From the NCBI GenBank assembly GCA_025786725.1, contig JAHLTZ010000024.1:310001-374000 (forward strand): DNA of 64,000 bases, read 5' to 3'. Position numbers and translations under genes: made by a program. A model generated the notes under the pieces. The model saw only the letters and a program-made list of their open reading frames with translations, had not been told where the DNA came from and did no database searches. Positions 11,378-26,276 of this stretch are shown here, piece by piece (the first letter of the stretch is position 1; every line of letters starts with the position of its first letter). The stretch is from Syncephalis fuscata S228 (lineage: Eukaryota; Fungi; Zoopagomycota).

Positions 11378-14273
11378 TTAAAGTGGTAGATCATTTTTAT
11401 GTGATTTGTATTGGAATACAAATGACACAACACCACGAGCACTTTTCTTTAAAACTGGATCAGCCATTTTGTGTAGTTCAGGCTCATTATAGTGGTTCCA
11501 TCTACAGTATACGAGTAAGTACACGTTAATTGCTACTTTCTATAATTACTTACGTGCTAGCATCGCCGTATTGCATATCACCTTCTCGTGACATACGACC
11601 GGCTACACATCGTCGACACTGGAAAGTATCGTGTGTTTCACAGGGGGATGCCTCGTTAAGTTGGAACAGTCGTCGCAAATTCTCTAAAGAGAAGTGGCGT
11701 TCTACATCTTCTGCTTCATCTACTACACAACTCGATAATGATTGTTTATGTGATTGTCGCTGGAAAATCTTCTCTTCAATTGTTCCGGTGCCAATAAGTC
11801 GATAAATAAAACAGGTCTTTTTCTGTCCATCACGCCAAACACGTGCCAGTGCTTGTTGATCCGATGCAGGATTCCTATAGCAATTAATATAGGTACACAA
11901 GTATTCAATCTCTTTATATTCATATTAGTAATAACGATAACACTTACCAATCTGGATCGAATAAAGCAAGTCGATTGGCACCAATTAAATTAATACCACA
12001 TCCACCTGCTTTACTACTAAGAAGAAAGATAAATTCCTTTCCTTCTGGTCTATTAAATTGATCCACCAGTTGTTGTCGCTTTGCCACCGTCATTGATCCG
12101 TCCAATCTTAGAAATGCAAATCTAATATCAAATAAATAGATAGATAACTAAATAAATAATACAAAACTATGAATAGTAACCATACCGTCTAGCGCTACAT
12201 AATTGCTCAAATCGATCCAATGTTTGAGTGTAATTACTAATAAGTACAATTTTATCGCCTTCATCTTTGGTCAATTTAAGAATGCGGTCTAGTACAAGCA
12301 TCTTTCCTTCAAGTGGATCTAGTTGTGATTTGCGCCAATTGGGTGGTAGAATCTTTTCAGAGCCTTCTAAATCAGCCGGTAGATTTAATAATGCTGGATC
12401 ATTACATAGTTTCTTTAACCGTGTAATAATTTGCAATGAAGAGGCCCCACCAACCATTCCAGATCGATCTGATGCGCGCTCCTCTTTTGTTTCAAGTAAA
12501 CGACGTACTGCCCGTGAATTGGCAAATTGTTTATATAGTTGTAGCTGTAATGGCCCCAATCGACAAAATACAACATATTCATACTTGGTGGGTACTAATG
12601 GTTTGAAATGGTTGGTATAAATACGCAATTGTAATAGTCATGACTTACAATATTTGCTTAAAATGTCATTAGTACGTCGAATAATAAATCTATTGGCTAG
12701 ACCTGTCAATTCTTGTAAACGTTCATCGCCTAATTGACGATCTGAATCACTGGCATCAGCATCACGTCCACGAAGAATAATGGTTTCATATCGACGTCTA
12801 AATTCACTGGTAGAGCCTAATAAGCCAGGATTGGCAAAGTTCAATAAACTAAAATACTCTGACAAATCGTTCTATACACTATTAATACAAGGCTTTTAAA
12901 TAGTTAATATCCATTACCTGGATAGGTGTACCGGATAGAATAACACGTCGTTGTACATTAAGCTGTGTTAATGCCTGGAAGGTCAACGAATTACTGTTTT
13001 TTAATCGATGTCCTTCATCGCATAGAATCAATCCAATGGGTGTTTTCTGTAGGGCGGCAATATTGCATCTTAGTGTTTCATAAGATACAACTAAAACTAT
13101 ACATCATTTCTATTAAACAAGTTTGTTACATTATTGTATACTACTTACCCGGATGTCCATTACCACGACCATGTCCTGAAGCAAATTGTTCTAAATTTTT
13201 AATTACTTGCTCTTTACTGCCTTTACCATCAATGGCAATACATTGCAAACGACCTTTAAGCCATTTGACTAAATAGATACACATATACATAAATACATAA
13301 ATACATACAATTATATTATATTAAAATATATAAAAACTTACTTAATTCATTAGCCCAATTCTTCACTAAACTACTAGGACAAACAATTAAACATTTGTCA
13401 ATAGTAGGTTGACGAGGATTGGGTGACTGTCTTAATAGTGTCCACAGTAATGTAATACATTGCAACTATCAATCATTATCAATAAATACCAATGCTTATA
13501 TAAATATTACACTCTATAGTACTTACTGTTTTACCAAGACCCATTTCATCAGCCATAATACATCCATAAGCATTTTCTACACGTAGACCAGTTGTACACT
13601 CGTATAGAAACCTTACACCTTCTACTTGATGGGGTCGAAGTACTTGAGTTAACATTGGATCCAATACAACGTGTACTTCTCTATTCGATTCATCCCTATC
13701 AAGCCCTAATAGACGCTTTAAACTATCCATAGCCACGGCCTTCTCTTCCTCTTCTCCACTTTCCCCGGTAGTGGCTGCATCTTCTTCATTGGGTGCATAC
13801 AGAATAATGGCATTCTCAGCATCTGGATTATGAAGAGGTCGATTGGATAGATTGGTACGTCGACGTACACCGAGGGCATTAGAACGCGGTGATGGACCCA
13901 TATCCTGTTGACTATCTACGAGTGATAGTAGCGGCACTCTAAAAGCCTTCTTCATAACCAGACGTACATTGGGACGTGGTGGTGGTGATGCACCATCATT
14001 ATGGCCTCCCATACGCTTACTAGGCGGTAGTGGGTTACCGTCGAGGTCCACACCTGTACCTACACCTTGTTGTACTGCATCTCGTAATCGTTTACGAGCT
14101 TGTGAGGCAGCAGATCTGCCACCGCCATTGTGCTCACTTGGTCGTTTACTTGCTAATGGCGATTTAAATGGCATCACTAGTGGACTGCCACCTTGAGACA
14201 AGCCAGTTTCGCCATCACTTCCTATTGCCGGACTCACGTAGCCTACTCGACTTGGTGCAAAGTTGCGGCGCAT
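11378..14273 (-). CDS. RAD54: SNF2-family DNA repair/recombination ATPase
   Basis: [110 protein letters not shown], ending [16 protein letters not shown]. Confidence 0.96.
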
Positions 14274-14415
14274 AAGTAGTACTAGTAATAGTAGTAGTAA
14301 TATACTGTTAATACTATTGTCTCTACTATCGATAATAAGTTTAAATAGTCCTAATATAAACTAGAAGAAGACGAGACGTATATTTAATAAATGTTTATAA
14401 TTATTTGTATTTTAA

Positions 14416-14492
14416 ACGCGTTTATTGAGCAACATCGAGCGTGTTTTTGTTTTCATAGTTTTAATTAGAAACTATTAAATTGGATGACGCGT
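14416..14492. promoter_or_regulatory. Two MCB-like elements (ACGCGT at 14416 and 14487) in the RAD54/INCENP divergent promoter
   Basis: Two perfect ACGCGT hexamers in very AT-rich intergenic DNA between two cell-cycle/DNA-repair genes. ACGCGA also occurs at 14710. Confidence 0.55.
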
Positions 14493-14793
14493 TTTTGTTA
14501 TAGTTCTAAATGATCATAATAACAATAACAACACCATTAATTTACCACACACACCACACCACACACCACCACCGCACACCGCATCTCATATCACTACTAT
14601 TATTGATTATTATTACTACACCACCATTATTGGTACGTGTTTGTAAGTTTCTTTCTTTTGTTTTGACCTATTCTTCTCATCGTTGTTACTACTACTACTG
14701 ATATTGTACACGCGATTCTATCAACTATTGCCTTATACGTGCACAGTATTACTGTTACTCTAGTTATTGTTATTTGTACTTGGTACTGTAACG

Positions 14794-17700
14794 ATGCGTA
14801 AACCCAACAAGAAAACGCGAAAAGAAGACGGCGAGGTCATCGGTGCACTCTATCCATGGACCGCGTCTGAACAACTATACTTTACGCAATTAGGCGATAC
14901 TGCTATAGCTGAATTAAATAAGGCATACCAGATCGAATCACAATGGCTCACAGACTTTCCAACCAATATTGTTAGTAATAACCATAACCACAATTGTAAT
15001 GAGTAAGTATAGATCTATATTTAATAATTAATATTTAATAATTAATATTTAATAATTTATTCTAAATCATTAAGTACAAATAGTGCACTTATTAATTCAA
15101 CCACAAAACGTGAATCAATAAATCAAGTAAAACGACCACGTACTCCATCCATAGTACAAGACACTATTAACCAGGAACCACTTCATTTATCCAAAAACCA
15201 CTCTTCATTAACTGTAAGTTATTAACTCTATTAATATACTATCTACTAACAACAACAATAATTAGATGGCTTATGAAGAACCATATGCTAAACGTAATCG
15301 GTCTTATACTGAATCTGAAGAGCCACAAGTACCACGTACAGTAGATGCTATTATGAGTTCACCACCAGTTGTATCCACTATAAATGCACCTCATAAAGTA
15401 TCTGATGGCGGCCATTTAGCTGTATCATCTCGAATCAATAAGGATGCAGCACTGATGAATAGTGAAACGCAAGCTATTTCTACTAATACTGCTTCTACTA
15501 AATTAACGCATATATCATCACCTATATATGCACCACTATTGACTGAAAACCATCCATTTATTGATAATACAATTATGTCTACACCTACAGCCACAAGTAT
15601 ATCTTTATCAAAGGATCGAGCACGTATGTCATTTGCATCTACACTCCGCCAATTGTCTGGGTCTAAATGGTCTGATCTATCGCCAATTGTGGCTACAAGT
15701 AGTCCTTCAGTGGCCACAGCAGTAATTAATGCTATTAATGCTGATACAGTAGCTGTAGAAACCAATACTGTAGAAGCCAATACTCTAACAGCCAATACTG
15801 TAGCAATAATGAAAGCAAGAACATCAACTGAAAGCAATAGTATACCACAATCTAGTATTAGCAATGAAGTAGAGAAACTAGAAGAATGGATGTCACCAGT
15901 AGTTGTTCGTCATAAGTCTTTATTTACTCACTTTAAATCACTATCAACTATGATGACAAGTAATCGGAAATATAAAGAAGAAAAGGAACAAAAGCCATCA
16001 TCACCAGAAGAAGTAGTAGTAGTAGAAGAGAAAGAAGAAGAAGAAGTAAAAGTACAACGCAGTTCTACACGTATATCAACTATTCGTCGAGATTTAATTG
16101 CCGAATTAAAAGAATCAGTATCTACGCCTATTATTTCTACACCAGCACCATCCACTTTAGTAAAGTCATCTCCATTCAAACCATTGGGTATTTCATTCTC
16201 TCGACAGCTTATGTCATCGGCACGTAAGAACAGAGAAGAACAAGAAGAAGAAAGAGTAATAGTAGAAGATGTGGAAGCAGAGGCTGAAGAAGAAAATGAA
16301 GAACAAAGACAAAAATTATTTTCACCAATGCGTAAAGATGTTGTTACCGTTAAAGATAAAAATGAAATTAAATCATTCTTTACGGCCAGTACAGAAGTAT
16401 TGAAACAACGACTTCAATCATTAAGAGCCAAATCATCAACATCAATTACACCGAATGATCATAGTACTTTATCAAATAGTCGTATTTCTGATACTGCTTC
16501 AACAGAAGGAAGAGAACAAGTAGATCAAGATCAAGATAAGAAGAAAGTAACTATTGATCAAGTTAAGGATACAGCAACAGTTATTGTTGGTGAAGATCCT
16601 AATGACGGCGATGAAGAGGAAGTAGAAGAGGAGATATTTGAAGATGCATCTGAACATACACCACATCATAGTCATATAGTAGATAAGATACAAGTGTTTA
16701 ATGAAGTGGATTTAAGAACCCCAGTAACTACAGATCAAGATGTATTTGTGGATGCATTACAATCACCAAGTCCTTTAATGTTATTAGTAAGTTATGATAG
16801 TTATTAATGGTAAACATACTTATCATTAAATAGGAGAGACAAGAACGAGAACAGCGACAACGAGAACAAGAAGAAGAAGAAGAAGAAGAGGAGGAGACAA
16901 TGGTAGAGATAGAAAATAAGACCAATGAATCTAGAACTGGTCCACGAAATAAACCACCTATTAAGGCATTATTAAAAGCACATGAAGCAGCTAAAAAGGT
17001 AATGAATTTATATTAATTATATTAATTAGATACTAATATATATATAAATATATAAATATAAATATATAGGAACAAGAAATGAATGCACAAAGAGAAGAGC
17101 GTAAACGTAGAATGGAAGCTATGCGAAATAAACATGCCCAAGAAAGACAATTAGCATCTGGTGGCAGTAATAATAGTCGATTTGGACGACCTAGTTATAC
17201 ATCAACCAATAGAGTCAAAAAGGTATTAATTAGTATAGTGTATATAGTGTATATTAATTGATATTAACTGGTTATTAATAGACTGAATCGACAACACGAA
17301 TGCCTATTCGATCTGTGGCCAGTAGTACAAGTGTTAGTAATACGACATCTTCAAAAGGACCAGGATTATTTAAGCGTTTATTACAACCATTACAATTACA
17401 ATCAAAGACAGTAAGATGATTGTAAGCCTATTTAATTAATATACTAATAGACTATTAGACTATGACTGATAAATCTAGTCGATTGAATCTTAAACGACCA
17501 TTAGCACGTCTAGGCTATACAAAACCAACCGAATCATCTTTATCATCTTTACAGGCAGTTAATCGAAATGGAGGACCACCAAGATCCAATATAGTTCGTC
17601 CATTATTTGCTAAAAAGACTGGTACAACAACTACGACAACTACAACAAGTAAATCATCAACATCTCGGGTCATTAACAAATCATTTAAACAACTAATTGA

Positions 17701-18371
17701 TTTGGATATAGAAACCGATACTATGTTGGATGATGTTTTGGTATGAGTTTTATTATATATATATATATGTATATATATATGTATATGTATATTATAATCG
17801 TGTTTATTAATATTATACTATATTAATATTATAGGAGAGTCCAATACCGATACGCACTATGACACGTCCTAAAAGTACAGATATGACGACATTAACTACA
17901 CCTCACAAGGAATTCACATCCATTGCGGTGATTAGTAAAAAGTCAACTGGTGAACTCATTTATGATCTACCCGATATTGATAGCGAGTAAGTAATGGAAC
18001 TACTAATATAGACTATTGTACTCATAATATATGTATATATAGTTTTACTGATGATGACCGTACACCACAACGAGCCAATCCTAAAGGAGATACTGTACCT
18101 TATTGGGCACAATCTAATAATTTAACCCAACAACTACGCCAACAACGACAAATAGATCCAGATCGTATCTTTGGACGTGTAGAACCCATTCGTATGGAGG
18201 GTAAGTTACTAATAGCCATTCGTATTCATACTAACAACATCTTGTATAGCGATATTTAAGGGACGGGAACAAAAGTTCCGTAGTCGAACAAGTTCTGCCC
18301 ATTGGATTGGTACAGATAAATTGACCGAAGAAGAAGAACAAGCCTATCGAGACCGTATGGGATACTTGTAG
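14794..18371 (+). CDS. Inner centromere protein INCENP (Sli15/Pic1-like)
   Basis: Long low-complexity, E-rich multi-exon body ending in an IN-box: LPDIDSE...VPYWAQSNNLTQQLRQQRQIDPDRIFGRVEPIRMEAIFKGREQKFRSRTSSAHWIGTDKLTEEEEQAYRDRMGYL*. Start codon and early exons approximate. Confidence 0.88.
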
Positions 18372-18635
18372 TGGATATACGTGACTAGATACTGTACCAT
18401 GAGATGATTCTATATTATATTTAATTTAGTAGTATTGCCACCAGTAATAGTGGTAAAGATGTATTTTGTATTCAATGATGCTACTTACCACTTCTATGTT
18501 TATTAACCATGATTAATAATTAAATGATTTTGTTATAAATAAATAAATAACAAATAGTAAAATACACGCAATTTCTTTCCTTTCTTTTCTCACTGAACTG
18601 ACCAGTTGTTGCTCATTCTTATTAACCACACTGTG

Positions 18636-18924
18636 ATGCCGTCTTCGTGTAAAGATATTCGACAAGAGCTTATTGAATGCTTGTTGCAATCTGAATGTGT
18701 GTTAAAGAAGCGACATTCAGTTAAAGAATGTTTACAAGACGAAAAGCTTCGTGATACATTACCAGAACGCTGTTTAACAATTCGTAAAAGCTATTATGAA
18801 TGTCGACGCGGTATGGTAAGTAGTTAAATGAACCCACAACCAACTATAGTTAGTTACTAACAAACAAATTTATTATATCTAGTTGGATATGCGTACACGA
18901 TTCCGTGGTAATAACGCGCAATAA
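18636..18924 (+). CDS. COA5: Cytochrome c oxidase assembly factor 5 (Pet191), twin CX9C-type
   Basis: Exons 18636-18815 and 18883-18924: MPSSCKDIRQELIECLLQSECV...KECL...PERCLTIRKSYYECRRGMLDMRTRFRGNNAQ*. Confidence 0.93.
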
Positions 18925-19327
18925 TTAACTAAAGCGTTGACGTCGACCAAACTTTGGCAATGGTATCCAATAGTTGAAAATCCCTAGAAAATGATAAGGA
19001 ATTTCCGGTTCAGTTAACATAAATGAAAAGAATCGAAAATCCTAAATAAAATAGTGTTAAATAATAACAACGTATAATAGATAAAGTGTACCTTTCGTCG
19101 ATGAACTATAGTAGTTGCATGGGATAGAAATTTACTCTCTATCCAATGACGACCTTGTCTAAATAACTATTATTAGTATAGTATATATGGTATAGTTAGT
19201 AGACTACTTACTGATTCATTCGGTATTCTAGCTGTTCTTGAAACCTTTCTTCAGAGGGATTGCTTAATAGAGCTAATACTGCTACAATAAGTATCATCTC
19301 AGTACGAGAAACTAATGTACTCATCAT
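18925..19327 (-). CDS. Small N-terminally anchored protein, DUF4359-like
   Basis: Three exons (19327-19212, 19158-19092, 19041-18925) splice in frame: MMSTLVSRTEMILIVAVLALLSNPSEERFQEQLEYRMNQQGRHWIESKFLSHATTIVHRRKDFRFFSFMLTEPEIPYHFLGIFNYWIPLPKFGRRQRFS*. The family call rests on motif recall (NPS, R..F..FS, FLGIF..W). Confidence 0.72.
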
Positions 19328-19609
19328 GGTAATATATTATTTACTATGATGCACAACTAACTGACTAAACAATAGTTATAGAAACTAGTAACTACAGAAT
19401 AAAGTAAAAATAGTAAAGGAATAGTGTAAAAGTAAGGAATAGTAATTATACGTAATATATACATATATATCCCATGTGATATGTATATAATATGATAGTC
19501 ATACTTCATTCTTTAATCCTTTATTTCTCTCTCTCCTCGACTTTTTCGGTTTATTTCTTTGCTTTCTTCTTCTTTATTGACTACACAAGTATCTAGTTAG
19601 TTAGTTATT

Positions 19610-20902
19610 ATGGAACCACTTTTACAACGGAGAAGGAATAGTCAAGCTGGTTTATCTGCATTATTGGCTCTTTTGGCTGCTGCTCTATTTATTGCTTGGC
19701 TATTTATTATATTCCAAGCTACATTACCCCGTACTAAAGACGGGTAAATACTAACTACCACCCGCTCTAATATACGATAGATAGTTAATAATAGCGAGTA
19801 TAATAGAGAATGGCCACCAGAAGTTAAATTACCCCGCACCTTAGCAGATCTTAAAGTACTAGGACAGTATTTAAATGATTATACTGACCAGCATTATATT
19901 CGAGTCTCTATTGCCTTTATCAGTCTATATGTCTTGTAGGTTATTGATTAATGGTAATTATTGATAGAAATACTAAGTAATTTATATATATGTATATATA
20001 TGTATATATTAGTCTACAAACATTTCTTATTCCCGGTAGTATTATGTTAAGTATATTGGCTGGTGCTTTATTCGGTACTATAATAGGTGTATTCTATGTA
20101 GCTATAGTAAGTAGTACAGTAATATATATATATATATATATGTATATACGTATTAAACATAACACTTGTTATTCATAGGCTACTGCTCTTGGTTCTACCA
20201 ATTGTTACTGCTTATCTAAATACTTGGCCGGTCATATGATTCATTCAGTACTAGGGGAGAGAATGGATCGATGGCAGTATCAAGTAAGCATTTGATATGG
20301 TTCCTATCTAGTTTATTTATACTATTTCTATAGTTAAGACGTCAAAAGAATCATCTTTTCAATTATATGATATTTTTACGAGTAACACCTTTATTGCCCA
20401 ATTGGTTTATTAATTTGGCCGCACCTCATTTGGGTGTACCATTGGGTATTTTCTTTTGTGGTACATTCTTTGGTAACTATTACTAATGATCTCCACTTAA
20501 TATACAAATACTAATAGATTAATAGGGGTTATTCCACCTTCACTACTTCATGTACAGGCGGGCAAGATGTTACCACAATTACAAGATCTTAATCATCTTT
20601 TAACCTTTAGTAATGTGATTACCTTGATATTAATTGGATTGATTGCTCTATTACCTATTCTAATTAGTCGATGGATGAATCCAAATGATCCAACTATTGA
20701 GTCAGATGAAGTGGTGGTGGCTACATCATCTAATATTGATGAAGATGAAGATTGTAGTCATACACATAGTTTATTACACAATTCATCCTCCTATCCTAAT
20801 GGTAATGGAATATCATCCAATGAATACCCTATTAACAAACTAGATAGCACCACTACTGTAATCAATACTTATTACCCGCCAATGGATCTACTTCTACTAT
20901 AA
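19610..20902 (+). CDS. TMEM41/VTT-domain (SNARE-associated, DedA superfamily) membrane protein
   Basis: KLPRTLADLK, LQTFLIPGSIMLSILAGALFG, ALGSTNCYCLSK, LFNYMIFLRVTPLLPNWFINLAAPHLGVP, GTFFGVIPPSLLHVQAG across several short introns. Confidence 0.92.
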
Positions 20903-21092
20903 CGACTGGATTAAATACATCATGTATGGAGAGAAAGCTTAGTACTGATATAGATATCAATATCGATCAAGATAGTAGTGATGATGTGATTCAACGCGTG
21001 TAATAATTACTACATTTATAAGCATTTGTTATTAAATGATCATATTTATGTTATTATATGGTTTATATTATGTGAATACAAGTGTTAGTTAG

Positions 21093-24069
21093 TTATGGTT
21101 CATTTGAGGTACTAGGCTCTTCTTTCGCCCTTAATCCTTCGAGTATAAGATCAAATGCCGCCTTTGTTTCTGGTGCTTCTTCATAAGTGACCGGTCCTAG
21201 AGATATGTTTCTAGATAGATGGTTGGCAGTTGAAATGGGTATACATGGGGGTTGCGTGGCTAGATTTGTATCCACCTAGAATGATGAATGGTGTTAATTA
21301 ATAATAGTCTATGGATATACATCATAATAGTTACCATAGAGGGAAAACTGCTAGGTTGGCTCATTTTATTCTAATAAATAGCAATTAATGGTTAACATAA
21401 CTGTGTTGTTAGAAATGATTCTACTTACTGAATAGCCTTGCATTGATTCCATTAGATCTTTTAGTATATCATTGGCACTTAATGGTGCAGCCTTTAACCG
21501 AACACTTGGTGCTGTATTGATCATTATCTTATGGCTAGTTGGTGTAGTAGTTGAATGGTGGGGAGAAGAGGGCGGTGATGATAGATTGGTAGCACTGGCT
21601 GTACTCATTGCTAAGTGAGACATTGAATGTGGTGGCGGTAGTCGACGGAGTGATATCGGTGTATCTGATACTAGTGAAGGGCGTCGTCGTCGTTTTATCG
21701 GTGTAATAACCGGTTTAATAACATGTGTGTTTGGTTGAGTGGGTATAGATGCTATAGAATAGTTAAATAGATTAATAGATTAGTATGTGAACATACCAAT
21801 TATATAATTAATATCTTACCTGATCGTTTAATAGCTATGGGTATCTTTTGAGTTGTGTTTGTATCTGTTGATCTAGAAGGTGCTGATATTAAACGAGGTG
21901 CTGTAGGTGTAGTGGGTACTACAGGAAACTTGATAGGATTTGGTATTTTGCCCTATTACCAGTATATGGTGTTATGTCATAAGTATGGCTATTATACTAG
22001 ATGAATAGAAATGAATTACCGTGCGTATCACTTCATAGAGCCAGTGGATAGTTGTTGTAGGTGTTTTCCACTTCAAAGCATGTTCATATTTATTGCCATT
22101 TGGTTTGCCACATATCAATAATGGGTGTCGACTGGTGAAACAACCATCATATCGAGCACCTAGGATAGCTTGATTAATATTGATTAATAACTAGTAGGGT
22201 GGTATTGACCTACCTAGATCGCCAATAAGACGTTTTACTTGATCACTTAATAGCGAATCCTCAATGCCTGTTGTACTAATGATAAAGTCATGGAATGCTA
22301 TTATTATTATTGTAAAGGTTGGTTATTAATAAAATGTTAATTAATATTGTAGATTTACTTACCGGGTAATGGCAGTTTAATATCACATGGCTGGTATATA
22401 ATACAGCTCTGGACTGGTGCTATCTTTTCATCCTATAACCAATATTATTACAATAAATACGTAAAATAGATATTTACTTACAGTTAAGCATCGTTCAATC
22501 CAATACTCGGTGACATTCTTAAAAGTACCAGTGGGTATTTGAGATGGATCACTAATGGCCGTATAAGCGATGGTTATTGTTATATTTTATTTAAATTACC
22601 TAGCAAATGGAGCCAGTATATACCAACGGAGACCTTGTTGAGGTGGTGTCCATTGTAACCAAGAGGATGGAGCCATCTCAACATGTCCATCCACTTCTTC
22701 AATGGCTATTTTAAGCGTTGCTTTCTATTAATTAATTAATTAGTTAGTTAGCTATTATAATTATGCCTATTAGTAACAATTATTGCTACTTACTTTGTCT
22801 TCGGTAAATCCAATAATAAAGAAGCCACAGTCAGCAAATACGCCTTCTTTTGATTTCTGTATTGGTAGTGCTGTTATAGTATTATTGTTATTAGTTTAAT
22901 TCAGCTGTTTAAATGCATATCTATGCCAATTACCTAAAGACGTTAAATGTGGCTGTGTGTTTTGATTAAAGCGATGTGGTGCCTGAGCTGATAGTACTTT
23001 CATTTGATTTGCTGCCAATAATTTGACATCTAATCGACCAGGTGTTCCGTAATTTGATATGATATCATGATAGAAATCATCGATACCAAATTTGGATTGA
23101 TTTGATCGTTTTGTTGCTTTAGTACGAAGTGTTGGACGAAGAGCCATACGCTGTGTTGGTGCCATTGATGAACCGATATCCGACTGGTTTAGCGTAAGTT
23201 TATAAGATTCAATAGGTAGCAATCTGTTTAGTTGACAGCTAGTTCTAATCCAGTCATCCTTGACTATAATTGGTACAGGATGCCATAAACAATGCAACAT
23301 TCTATGGCGATCACTAATCATTTATTAGTAAGTGTGGCAATACTAATACTAATAGTTTATACCTACGTTGTTGTAGGACTGCCAAGTGAAGGGATTAAGT
23401 AATGAGTGATACTTGACTCAAAGGTACGAACTACACGTCCACCATGGTGGACGACCAAGTGTTCTAGTTCATTATAGACCTTTTCTGAATAAGCCTCACT
23501 AAATATAGCACATATATTAGCTAGTAAGGAAGCATTGGATTGAATAGAGGATTTCTTTAGATTTGCTTTAGTTGGTGTGGCTGGTGCAGTTGTCGCTACA
23601 AACGATGTCCTTCTTGACACAGCAATCGCATGAGGCGTGTCAGTTCCTTGTCGAATAACGCGTGTACTCTCTTCTTCGGCTGTAATAGCATCAGTTTCTG
23701 GTGTAGATTCAATGGTGGTCACTGGATAATTACTTTCTAAAAGACATTCTATTTTACAATTAGCAATAATGGTTAATTAAAATGCAAAGTTAATACTTAC
23801 TTTGTTGTTTAACCGATTCATAAAGCCATTCTGCTGTGACTATGTTGATTTTCCATCTCATTGCATATTGGTACTTTATGCCTTGTCCTATGTAATTGCC
23901 ATATCGATAGTTAAAGATAGAAGTACATAGTTGTACAGTTAAATAGTAAATAGTTTAAAGGATATAGATGCAATGAGATGTGTACAGTTAGGAACTAGAT
24001 CAGCAGCATAGTATCCTCCGTGTTGAACAATTAGTTCTTGAATGCGTTGCCGCTCCTCTATTAACTAAT

Positions 24070-24103
<34 letters not shown>

Positions 24104-24887
24104 GTAAATTGTCTTGGTATTTATTCAACTTACCAATATCTAGTCCAGTAAGACATATCGTTTTATATGAAAATACTTTAACCGAATACTCTTTAGTTAA
24201 CTATGTCGTTATTTTATTAGATGACCAACCCGTAACTATATATAAGCAAATCTTACCGCTGGGACATCTACCGGTAGTCCTTTTGTGTACAAATTTTTAC
24301 AGGTAGCTAACCAGGCCAACTTGACCACGGGTATATTTCTAGATTGCGCGACCTTGTTGGCTAGTATTAGCCATCCATCAAGCCAGTTTAACATGGATAG
24401 CTTACTTTATGTTTCTCGGTTTCTGTTGTGCCGGCAATGAGATGTGTTGTATCATCAGTGAGATTGCGGACCCATTGGCCGCCTAGCTTTTCTACAAGTG
24501 CATATACTGCTTTCTAAACATAGAATATTAATAAATCAATAAATGCGCTATTTTAATAATAGTATAATATATTAAATACATACCCGCTGAGGGACACCAT
24601 AGCCTGTGCAGCATACTCTAACGTCGCATAGCGGAAGTGGTCGCGTATTTGAAACGAGAAGATTTGATCTAAGTGCAGTAATTGCCGTTAGAATCAGTGA
24701 AGCATTGCCGTATAGCATATAGGCAGTATTGGCCTACTTTTTTATATCAGTAATATAATAGTGAGTCGGGTCTGCGGTGTTTCTTGTTTTGCAGCCAGTT
24801 ATAAGGAATGTTTTCAATATTGGAAGCAGGAGTCATAGAAGCTGTACTATCATTTCGGACTACATCGGGCTGTATGTCCGATACCAT
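21093..24887 (-). CDS. Multi-BRCT replication/checkpoint scaffold (Dpb11/Rad4-Cut5/TopBP1-like)
   Basis: Several BRCT repeats: VCCTGYG...VEKLGGQWVRNLTDDTTHLIA; RIQELIVQHGGYYAADLVPNCTHLIA...YAMRWKINIVTAEWLYES; LVVHHGGRVV...ITHYLIP; LGARYDGCFTSRHPLLICGKPNGNKYEHALKW...HWLYE. Start uncertain, probable frameshift(s). Confidence 0.8.
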
Positions 24888-25303
24888 AATGAAGATAAAA
24901 TAGCTGTAGCCTACTGGCCCAGCTGATGCAATACAGCGGATAGGTAATAATAATTGTTGTTGTTGTTGTTGGTTAACGTCGAGGCTAGGAGGTACAGTAC
25001 AAGCAAGCAAGAGAGCGAGCCAAATAGAATGGCCACAACAACAACACGTAAAGAATAAAGGAACGAAAATCGAAAAGGGGCGACGAAAAAAGATGGCCCA
25101 GTTAATTGTTTACAAATTTCTATTGTGCCAAGTCACTTTTAAATTGAATTCGACGTGAATATGATCTTGGAACAGTTTAGTATTTTTGTGGACTAATTTA
25201 ATAGTTTTTATTGCTAAAGTAGGTGATTCGAATAATTAGACTGCTTAGGATGTAAGTAAGAGTAGAAAAGGCAATCTATTACAAAAGTATTATAGCATTG
25301 CTT

Positions 25304-26276
25304 TTAAGCTTGCTCGGTGCTTGCACGCTCTTTAGAATAAGTATTCTGTGGGACAATCGACTTTTCGGCCAAATCGCTTGGTTCTAACTCGTAGCCGGAG
25401 ATTGCATTCTCGGTAACTAAAAGCATTAAATGGAAGATAAGATACGGTACAAGTTCCAAGATGGTAATACTGAATAGTCCGCCAAACTTGCTAATTATTA
25501 ATAGTGTAAATAACGCGCTTAGTCGAAGTAGTTGCTATATCATCAATAGATATTAGCGATGAGTTATAGTAGATGTGAATGCAACTTACCATGCGCTTGA
25601 CACGACGTCCAAGAAACTCGCCACTCTTCATGCGAATATGTAGCCATAGAGTAAGTAGGATAAGGGAGAAGTCGCCGAGTAGGGCAATGCCAAGTGCCAC
25701 TAGCCAAAGTATACTAATACTAAGTGGAAGGGCATCGGTAGCAACGGTGTAGATGGCAACGGCTAGTGTTATACCGGCAGCAATTAAATAAAGTAGTAGC
25801 CAAGAGTAGGCCACACGACGTGCCAATTGCATATGCGATACACTAATTTTATCACGCATCGATGTCGCCCTAATAATAAATTAATGGATAGTTAATTAGC
25901 ACACTAGTATAAACTAAATAGTAAAACAACTTACCAAATGGCTACAAGCATTGTGGCTACAATTCGACTAAATATCTCAGCTACTGAGCTTAGATAATCG
26001 GCATTAATTCCGCGAATGGCTAATCCAAATTGAATGGCCAAAACTATTCATCAATTCATCAATTTATCAATTCATTCATTAGTTAGCATTTGATAGTATA
26101 CAGTTTTGATACCTACTAATTAAAAAGATGGAAAGAAAAATATGAGCTCGCGTCTTGGTCTGTACAAATCGTGCCAAATGAGCTAGAGCAAATACACCAA
26201 TAACACCGGTAATCGTAATAAGACTCCATTGAGAGTAGTTGGTAACATTGTTGCCAATCGTTTCTTCACCAATCAT
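25304..26276 (-). CDS. Predicted ~7-TM membrane protein (RTA1/GPCR-like topology), function unknown
   Basis: Four exons with successive hydrophobic helices, from MIGEETIGNNVTNYSQWSLITITGVIGVFALAHLARF to QLLRLSALFTLLIISKFGGLFSITILELVPYLIFHLMLL...STEQA*. Confidence 0.72.
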
